Source of the DNA: an uncultured Candidatus Rokubacteria bacterium
Lineage (GTDB): Bacteria; Methylomirabilota; Methylomirabilia; Rokubacteriales; CSP1-6
Reading direction: 5' to 3'
Assembly (NCBI GenBank): GCA_963762145.1
Contig: CAVXJS010000014.1
Location: forward strand, 416,001-480,000
Length of the DNA: 64,000 nt
Positions within the stretch are counted from its first letter, which is position 1. Every line of letters begins with the position of its first letter. A program made the translations under genes and the position numbers. Shown here piece by piece: positions 57,279 through 64,000 of the stretch. Under the pieces are notes generated by a model. The model was given only the letters and a program-made list of their open reading frames with translations, did not search any database and had not been told where the DNA came from.

Positions 57279-58217
57279 GTGGCGCTTCCCGCAGCATCCC
57301 GCATTCCCGTGATGCGGCCGCGCGCTTCCCTCTGGAAGCGCGCGCGCATCCGGGAAGCGGGGACGGCGCTTCTCTTCCTGCTGCCGCTGCTGGTCCTGGT
57401 GGTGGCCCTGATCGTCTACCCGGTCTACCGGGCGGTCTGGCTCTCGCTCACCGACAAGCTGGTGGGCTATCCCGAGCGGTTCGTCGGCCTCAAGAACTAC
57501 ATCTATCTCGCCGAGGACGACACCTTCCACCAGGTCATCCGGAACAGCTTCGTGTTCACGGGGGTCTCGGTGGGCCTCAAGGTCGTGACCGGCGTGCTGA
57601 TGGCGCTGGTGCTGAACAACGTGATCCGGGGCCGCAATTTCTTCCGCGGCCTCTTCCTGCTGCCGTGGATCACCTCCACCGTGATCATCGCGCTGACCTG
57701 GCGGTGGATGTTCGACGCCTTCCCGGGCCGTGGCTTCTTCAACAGCGTGCTGCTCGACCTGGGATTGCTCAGTCGCCCGATCGCCTTCATGGCCACGCCG
57801 GAGGGCGCGATGATGGCGGTGATCGTGGCCAACTGGTGGCGCGGTTTCCCCTTCTTCGGGGTCTCCTTCCTGGCCGGGCTGCAGGCGATCCCGCGCGAGC
57901 TCTACGAGGCCGCGTCGGTGGATGGCGCCACCACCTGGCGGCGGTTCTGGCACATCACGCTGCCGGGGCTCAAGCACGTGATGATCGTCACCACGCTGCT
58001 GAGCTTCATCCTCACCATCAACGACTTCAACATCATCTACGTGATGACCCGGGGCGGCCCGGGCAGCGCGACCCAGATCTTCGCGACCTACTCCTACCAG
58101 GTCGCGTTCAACCAGCTCCGCTGGGGCCGCGGCGTCACCATCTGTCTCTTCGTGGTGCCGATCCTGGTGGTCGGCATCATCCTGATCAGCCGCTACCTCC
58201 TCCGGGACAAGAAATAG
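57279..58217 (+). CDS. Carbohydrate ABC permease
   Basis: FVGLKNY, LYEAASVDGA and TRGGP. Confidence 0.93.
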   Translation: MALPAASRIPVMRPRASLWKRARIREAGTALLFLLPLLVLVVALIVYPVYRAVWLSLTDKLVGYPERFVGLKNYIYLAEDDTFHQVIRNSFVFTGVSVGLKVVTGVLMALVLNNVIRGRNFFRGLFLLPWITSTVIIALTWRWMFDAFPGRGFFNSVLLDLGLLSRPIAFMATPEGAMMAVIVANWWRGFPFFGVSFLAGLQAIPRELYEAASVDGATTWRRFWHITLPGLKHVMIVTTLLSFILTINDFNIIYVMTRGGPGSATQIFATYSYQVAFNQLRWGRGVTICLFVVPILVVGIILISRYLLRDKK

Positions 58218-58283
58218 CCGGCAACGGAAACGACCACAACCAATGACGATCGGATCGAACGAGATGATCAATGTGGTGGGGGG

Positions 58284-58316
58284 GTGTGGGGGAGGAGCGG
58301 CGCCGCTCCCCCCCAC
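58284..58316 (+). repeat. GC-rich palindromic element at the 5' end of the permease gene
   Basis: GTGGGGG-AGGAGCGGCGCCGCTCC-CCCCCAC imperfect hairpin. Confidence 0.55.
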
Positions 58317-59147
58317 TTCAAAGGGGGGCTCCCGTTGAAAGCCCTCACGTGGACCGGCATGGCCCTATTCCTCCTCGTCATCCTGGTGCCGTTCTGGTGG
58401 ATCGCCAGCATGTCGTTCAAGACGTACGAGCAGATCCAGTTCGCCACCAGCATCTACTTCCCGAACCCGTTCACCTGGGAGAACTACACCGGGCTCTGGA
58501 CCGAAACGCGCTTCCCGACCTGGCTGCGCAACAGCCTCGTCACCGCGCTGGTGGTCACCGGGATCACCACCGTGGTCTCGGCCCTTGGCGGCTACGCGGT
58601 GGCGCGGCTGCGCTTTCCGGGCCGCGAGTCGGTGGCGAGCCTGATCCTGATCCTCTACCTCATCCCGCCCGCGCTGCTCTTCATCCCGCTCTACCGCGTG
58701 CTCGCCGAGCTGGGGGCGACCAACCACCTGATGTCGCTGTTCATCTCGTATCCGACGTTCACGGTGCCGTTCTGCACCTGGCTCCTGATCGGCTTCTTCA
58801 AGGCGCTGCCGGACGAGCTGGAAGAGGCGGCCCTGATCGACGGGGCGGGGCGGGTGACCGCGTTCGTTCGCGTGCTGCTGCCGCTGGCCGCCCCGGGGCT
58901 GGTGGCCTCGGCGATCTTCGCGTTCACGCTGTCCTGGAACGAGTTCCTCTACGCGCTGGTCTTCATCCAGGATGAGACGGCCACCACGGTGCCGGTGGGC
59001 CTCAACCTGCTCATCTACGGCGACGTGTTCCACTGGGGCCAGCTCATGGCCGCCTCCGTGATCACCACGATCCCGGTGGTCGCCCTCTACGTCTTCATCC
59101 ATCGCTGGATGGTGGAGGGGCTGGTCGCGGGCTCCGTGAAGGGCTAG
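58284..59147 (+). CDS. Carbohydrate ABC permease (true start uncertain, possibly 58243)
   Basis: ENY, GYAVAR, ELEEAALIDGA, WNEFL and GSVKG. Confidence 0.9.
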   Translation: MWGRSGAAPPHFKGGLPLKALTWTGMALFLLVILVPFWWIASMSFKTYEQIQFATSIYFPNPFTWENYTGLWTETRFPTWLRNSLVTALVVTGITTVVSALGGYAVARLRFPGRESVASLILILYLIPPALLFIPLYRVLAELGATNHLMSLFISYPTFTVPFCTWLLIGFFKALPDELEEAALIDGAGRVTAFVRVLLPLAAPGLVASAIFAFTLSWNEFLYALVFIQDETATTVPVGLNLLIYGDVFHWGQLMAASVITTIPVVALYVFIHRWMVEGLVAGSVKG

Positions 59148-59170
59148 ACTTTCCCGCGAGGAGGCTGCCC

Positions 59171-60046
59171 ATGGCGACCATCACGGGCCCGCTCACGGTC
59201 TCGCCCGTTCACCCCACCTTCGGGGCCCTGATCTCCGGAGTGGATCTGACCCAGCCGCTCGACGCGGCCACCTTCGACCGTATCGCGGTGGCGTTCGACG
59301 ACTACTCGGTGCTGGTCTTCCGCGATCAGGCGCTGAGCGACGCGGAGCAGATGGCTTTCAGCGAGCGCTGGGGCCCGCTCGAAACCACCGTGCGGACCAT
59401 GGGGGGCGAGGACCGGCTGGGGGCCCACATCGTGGATCTCTCCAACACCGACGCCAACGGCGAGCTGATGGGCTGGGACGACCGCCGCATGCAGTATCAG
59501 TCCGGCAACCAGCTCTGGCACAGCGACAGCTCGTTCAAGCCGGTGCCCGCCCACTCCTCGGCGCTCTCCGCGCGCGTGGTGCCGCCCGAGGGCGGCGAGA
59601 CCGAGTTCGCGAGCATGCGCCTTGCGTACGAGACGCTCGACGAGAACGTACGCCGCGACCTGGATCGGCTCGTGGTCGTGCACAGCTTCGGCTTCTCGCG
59701 CAGCCTGATCGATCCGGGCATCGGCACCGAGATCGGGCGCGACTACCCGCCGGTGCGTCACGCCCTGGTGCGCGCCAACCCGCGCAACGGGCGCAAGTCG
59801 CTCTACATCGGCTCGCACGCCTGGTACATCGAAGGGATGGGGCTCGACGAGAGCCGCATCCTCATCGCCAGGCTGCTCGAGCACACCGTACGCGCCGACC
59901 GGGTCTACCGGCACCGCTGGCAGGTGGGCGACCTCGTGATGTGGGACAACCGGTGCGCGCTGCACCGGGGCCGCCTCTGGGACAGCGCGCGCTACGAGCG
60001 CGTCATGCACCGCACCACGGTGGCGGGCGACGGGCCGACCGTGTAG
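59171..60046 (+). CDS. TauD/TfdA family Fe(II)/2OG dioxygenase
   Basis: GVDL, WHSDSS (HxD), GGETEF and WDNRCALH motifs. Confidence 0.93.
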   Translation: MATITGPLTVSPVHPTFGALISGVDLTQPLDAATFDRIAVAFDDYSVLVFRDQALSDAEQMAFSERWGPLETTVRTMGGEDRLGAHIVDLSNTDANGELMGWDDRRMQYQSGNQLWHSDSSFKPVPAHSSALSARVVPPEGGETEFASMRLAYETLDENVRRDLDRLVVVHSFGFSRSLIDPGIGTEIGRDYPPVRHALVRANPRNGRKSLYIGSHAWYIEGMGLDESRILIARLLEHTVRADRVYRHRWQVGDLVMWDNRCALHRGRLWDSARYERVMHRTTVAGDGPTV

Positions 60047-60120
60047 GTCATCGCCCCGGGGCCACGACGGCACGGCCCCCGTTTCAGGATCGAGCTGGAA
60101 CCTTCAATGAGGAGGGGACC

Positions 60121-62241
60121 ATGAGGCGCGGATTTCGGATCATGGCGGTCGCGCTGCTCGGCCTCGCGGGACCGATCGATCAGACCCTCGCGCAGGACCG
60201 CACCCCGGACAAGGGTTCCGCGGCGCACATCCGGGCCGTGACCGGCAAGGTGGATGGCGCCTCGATCCAGGCCAATGGCCGCACCGCGCGGGACTGGCCC
60301 AGCCACGGCCTGGACTACGCCGAGAGCCGCTTCAGCCGGCTCGGCCAGATCAACGCGGACAACGTCCGGGCCCTCGGCCTCGTCTGGTCGTACGACCTCG
60401 AGTCGACCCGCGGCGTCGAGGCGACCCCGCTGGTGGTGGACGGCATCATGTACGTCACCGCCTCGTGGAGCGTGGTCCACGCCGTCGACGCGCGCAGCGG
60501 CAAGCGCCTGTGGACCTACGATCCGAAGGTTCCGAAGGAGGCGGGCTACCGGGGGTGCTGCGACGTGGTCAACCGCGGAGTGGCCCTGCATCGGGGCAAG
60601 GTGTTCGTCGGCACCTACGACGGCCGCCTCGTGGCGCTGGACGCCGCGTCCGGCACGGTGGCGTGGGAGAAGGACACCATCGTCGACCGGACCCGCTCCT
60701 ACACGATCACCGGGGCGCCGCGGGTGTTCAAGGGCAAGGTCATCATCGGCAACGGCGGCGCCGAGTACGGCGTCCGCGGGTACATCACCGCCTACGACGC
60801 GGAGACCGGCGCGCAGCGCTGGCGGTGGTTCACGGTGCCCGGCGATCCGGGCAAGCCCTTCGAGGACGAATCGATGGCCCGCGCGGCCAAGACCTGGGAC
60901 CCGAGCGGCCGGTACTGGGAAGCCGGCGGCGGCGGCACCGCGTGGGACACGATGGCCTTCGATCCGGACCTGAACCTGATGTACGTCGGCACCGGCAACG
61001 GCTCGCCGTGGGCGCGCAGCCGGCGCAGCCCGGGGGGCGGGGACAACCTGTACCTCGCCTCGATCGTCGCCCTCAACCCGGACACCGGCAAGTACGTCTG
61101 GCACTACCAGGAGACGCCGGGGGACAACTGGGACTTCACCTCGAGCCAGCCGATGATTCTCGCCGACCTGAAGATCGGCGGCCAGACGCGCAAGGTGATT
61201 CTCCACGCGCCGAAGAACGGCTTCTTCTTCGTCATCGACCGCGCCAGCGGCAAGCTCATCTCGGCGCGCAACTTCGTCGACGTGAACTGGGCGAGCGGCT
61301 ATGGCAAGGACGGGCGGCCGATCGAGACCCCCGATGCCCGCGTGGTGGACCGATCGCGCGAGATCATCCCGAGCCCCTACGGCGCGCGCAACTGGCATCC
61401 GATGTCGTTCAACCCGCAGACCGGGCTCGTCTACATGCCGGTGCAGGGCGTTCCGGTCGGCCTGATGGACAACCGCAACTGGAAGATGAACGCCAACACG
61501 CCCGGCGAGCCGCACGGCGGCCTGGGCTGGAACCTGGCGATGTACCTCAACGCGGAGCCGCCGAAGAGCAAGCCCTTCGGCCGCCTCGTCGCCTGGGATC
61601 CGGTGCGGCAGCAGGAAGCCTGGCGCCAGGAGCACGTCGCCCCGTGGAACGGCGGCACGCTGAGCACCGCGGGCAACCTCGTGTTCCAGGGCACCGCGGA
61701 CGGGCGCTTCGTCGCCTACAACGCCACGACCGGCGAGAAGCGCTGGGAAGCCGCGACCGGGACCGGCGTGGTGGCGGGTCCCGTCACCTACCTCGTGGAC
61801 GGCAGGCAGTACGTGTCCGTCGCGGTCGGGTGGGGCGGCGTCTACGGGATCATGCATCGGGCCACCGACCGGCAGGGGCCGGGGACCGTCTACACGTTCG
61901 CGGTCGGGAGCGCGGCGCCCGCTCCGGAGTTCGTCGCCTACCAGCAGGGCGCGCTGGTCCAGGGTGTCAAGTACGACCCGGCCCACGTGCAGGAAGGCAC
62001 GCTGCTCTACGTCAGCAACTGCGTGTTCTGTCACGGCGTCCCCGGAGTGGACCGGGGCGGCAACGTGAAGAACCTGGGCTATTCGACGAGCGCGGTGATC
62101 ACCGATCTCGACCAGTGGGTCTTCAAGGGCCCGGCCGTGGCCACGGGCATGCCCGATTTCACCGGGAAGCTCTCCGTGGATCAGGTCGAGAAGATCAAGG
62201 CCTTCATCCAGGGCACGGCCGACGCGATTCGCCCAAAGTAA
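60121..62241 (+). CDS. Type II quinohemoprotein (PQQ + heme c) alcohol dehydrogenase
   Basis: Signal peptide, EATP, vicinal CC (GCCDVVNRG), GNGGAE, WDFT, NWHPM and C-terminal CVFCH. Confidence 0.93.
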   Translation: MRRGFRIMAVALLGLAGPIDQTLAQDRTPDKGSAAHIRAVTGKVDGASIQANGRTARDWPSHGLDYAESRFSRLGQINADNVRALGLVWSYDLESTRGVEATPLVVDGIMYVTASWSVVHAVDARSGKRLWTYDPKVPKEAGYRGCCDVVNRGVALHRGKVFVGTYDGRLVALDAASGTVAWEKDTIVDRTRSYTITGAPRVFKGKVIIGNGGAEYGVRGYITAYDAETGAQRWRWFTVPGDPGKPFEDESMARAAKTWDPSGRYWEAGGGGTAWDTMAFDPDLNLMYVGTGNGSPWARSRRSPGGGDNLYLASIVALNPDTGKYVWHYQETPGDNWDFTSSQPMILADLKIGGQTRKVILHAPKNGFFFVIDRASGKLISARNFVDVNWASGYGKDGRPIETPDARVVDRSREIIPSPYGARNWHPMSFNPQTGLVYMPVQGVPVGLMDNRNWKMNANTPGEPHGGLGWNLAMYLNAEPPKSKPFGRLVAWDPVRQQEAWRQEHVAPWNGGTLSTAGNLVFQGTADGRFVAYNATTGEKRWEAATGTGVVAGPVTYLVDGRQYVSVAVGWGGVYGIMHRATDRQGPGTVYTFAVGSAAPAPEFVAYQQGALVQGVKYDPAHVQEGTLLYVSNCVFCHGVPGVDRGGNVKNLGYSTSAVITDLDQWVFKGPAVATGMPDFTGKLSVDQVEKIKAFIQGTADAIRPK

Positions 62242-62242
62242 A

Positions 62243-62321
62243 GTCGGAGGGGGCCCGGGTGGCCCCCTCCGATGCCTCCCCCGACGGCGGGGATTGCGCC
62301 GGCGGAGCCGGCGCTCGAACG
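62243..62321 (-). repeat. Two-hairpin dispersed repeat, family B, copy 2
   Basis: Reverse complement aligns with 8927-9000; lies between convergent stops. Confidence 0.8.
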
Positions 62322-62334
62322 AACCTCTTCGGGA

Positions 62335-62988
62335 CTAGCCTTCGGTGGTAGTGGAGTTTCCCGAGGCGGCGGGTTTCTGAGCGCCGTCCTCGGGTGTCAT
62401 GCCGCGCATCCCGGGGCCCTGCGGCCCGCGGTGCTGCATGCGCTGGCTCATGAGCGTGCGCAGCTTCTCACGCTGCTCCGGCGTCAGCACCTGGCGGCTC
62501 TGCTCCAGGTTCCGGATCTGGGCCACGCGCCCATCCGCGCGCAGCTTCTCGATCTCCCGCACCTTGGTCTCGATCTTCGCCAGATCCCGCGGCTTGTTGG
62601 GATCGGCCGCGTCGGGCGCCATCATGGTCCGGAGGTCCAGCTCGGCGAGCCGCTGCTCGGCCTTCCGTTTGATGGCGTCTCGGCGTGCGTCCGTGCCGAG
62701 CTTGCGCAGGTTGTCCACCTGCACGGGCGTCAGCGCGAGGTCCTTCTGGTGCCGCAGGGCCAGCCCGCTCAGAGAGAAGCGATGGGCCTTGGCCCGACGC
62801 TGCCACCCGTGATGACGGTGCTGGCCGCCCGGTCCCTCCGGCCGCTGGCCCCAGTTCGACCGCGCGGCCGGGCGCGTGGTGTCCGTGGCCGCCTGCGCGA
62901 GTTGCATGCCGTCGAGCGTCTGGGCGCCCGCGGGCAGGGCCATCCCCAGCACTATGGCCAGTCCTGTCAGTGCGTTCCGTGCCTTCAT
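62335..62988 (-). CDS. Spy/CpxP-like periplasmic helical protein
   Basis: Signal peptide; two LTxxQ motifs (LTPVQ, LTPEQ); AGGAGG RBS. Confidence 0.85.
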   Translation of the reverse strand: MKARNALTGLAIVLGMALPAGAQTLDGMQLAQAATDTTRPAARSNWGQRPEGPGGQHRHHGWQRRAKAHRFSLSGLALRHQKDLALTPVQVDNLRKLGTDARRDAIKRKAEQRLAELDLRTMMAPDAADPNKPRDLAKIETKVREIEKLRADGRVAQIRNLEQSRQVLTPEQREKLRTLMSQRMQHRGPQGPGMRGMTPEDGAQKPAASGNSTTTEG

Positions 62989-63111
62989 GGTCATCCTCCT
63001 TGATCCGTCGATAACGGGGATCCGCCGATCACGGGGGCCCCGGTGGGTTCTCTGCCTCTGCCCCTATGACGAAGCATCGGCCCCGAGCGTTGACAGGGAG
63101 CGGAGGAAAAA

Positions 63112-64000
63112 TCAGGAGGCGATGGCGGCGGCGACCTGGCGGGAGACCAGGCGGGCGTAGAGGCCCCGCCGGCGCAGCAGATCGTCGTGACGGCCCTGCT
63201 CGACCACACGGCCCTCGTCCAGGACCACGATCTGGTCGGCGGCGCGGACGGTGGAGAGCCGGTGGGCGATCACGATGGTGGTACGCGAGCGGGTCAGGCC
63301 GGCGAGGGCCTCCTGCACGACCTGCTCGTTGAGCGCGTCGAGATGCGACGTGGCCTCGTCCAGGATCAGGACAGGCGCCTCGCGCAGGAAGGCCCGCGCG
63401 ATGGCCACCCGCTGGCGCTGCCCGCCGGAGAGCTGGAGGCCGCGCTCGCCGACCCGGGTGTCGAGGCCCTCGGGCAGCGAGCGCACCAGCGGCAGCAGCG
63501 ACGCGCGCTCGATCGCGGCGGTCACGTCCGCGACGGTGGCCTCCGGCCGCGCGATGCGGATGTTGCCGCCGAGCGTGTCGTTGAAGAGATGCGTGTCCTG
63601 CGCCACCAGCGCGATCTCGCGGCGCAGTCCCTCGAGGCGCCATCGCCGCAGGTCGTGGCCGCCGAGCGTGATGGCGCCCGCGTCCGGGTCCCAGAAGCGC
63701 AGCAGCAGGCTCGCGATCGTGGTCTTTCCCGCGCCGGACGGACCGACCAGCGCGACCATCGCGCCCGCGGGCACCGTGAACGACACGTCCTGCAGCGCGG
63801 GCTGGCGGCGGCCCGGGTAGGTGAAGGTGACGTTGTGAAGCGCGATGGCGGCCGCCTCCTCGCGGCGGGGGCCGGGCACGCCGGGCCCGTCGGCGATGCG
63901 CACCGGCTCGGCGTGGACCGCGTGGACGCGTCGGGTCGCCGCGAGCGTGTCCGCGAGCTGGCGCCCGACCTGCGCGATCTCCCAGACCGGCACGAACGCG
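63112..64000 (-). CDS. ABC exporter (fused TMD-NBD), C-terminal part
   Basis: GPSGAGKT, LSGGQRQR, LDEATS and IAHRL; runs off the window edge. Confidence 0.93.
   Translation of the reverse strand, partial: AFVPVWEIAQVGRQLADTLAATRRVHAVHAEPVRIADGPGVPGPRREEAAAIALHNVTFTYPGRRQPALQDVSFTVPAGAMVALVGPSGAGKTTIASLLLRFWDPDAGAITLGGHDLRRWRLEGLRREIALVAQDTHLFNDTLGGNIRIARPEATVADVTAAIERASLLPLVRSLPEGLDTRVGERGLQLSGGQRQRVAIARAFLREAPVLILDEATSHLDALNEQVVQEALAGLTRSRTTIVIAHRLSTVRAADQIVVLDEGRVVEQGRHDDLLRRRGLYARLVSRQVAAAIAS

Noticed and set aside
60121-62241. Possible lanthanide-dependent PQQ dehydrogenase
   Set aside because: The active-site motif is WDFT, lacking the extra Asp (WD[YF]D) of XoxF/PedH; consistent with a Ca-dependent type II enzyme
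1-64000. tRNA, rRNA, CRISPR, integrase or transposase
   Set aside because: None recognised by eye; tRNAscan-SE and Infernal were not run, so small RNAs cannot be excluded

Overview
This is a very GC-rich, gene-dense bacterial chromosomal segment. Gene content and repeat style suggest Ca. Rokubacteria/Methylomirabilota, which is an inference. It has about 60 CDS, mostly for organic-substrate uptake and catabolism: three family-5 solute-binding proteins, two carbohydrate ABC systems, TRAP DctQM, four luciferase-like monooxygenases, amidohydrolases, an amidase with a small partner, Fe/2OG dioxygenases, a halogenase-like flavoprotein and a quinohemoprotein dehydrogenase. No rRNA, tRNA, CRISPR array, integrase or transposase was recognised. 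The main hidden feature is at 20196-20705: the ORF track splits one gene at an in-frame TGA that reads U-G-S-C and is followed by a SECIS-like hairpin, i.e. a UGSC-family selenoprotein. It lies in a tightly coupled operon with an uncharacterised Cys-containing partner, an uncalled 42-aa ORF and a TRAP transporter lacking DctP. Other points: at least three dispersed palindromic repeat families (one supplies the nudC stop codon, one shows covarying stems), sigma54 and DosR/NarL-like sites, a four-gene Pro/Tyr/Trp-rich secreted-protein cluster, and many single-base frameshifts in the first 7 kb that are most likely sequencing errors.
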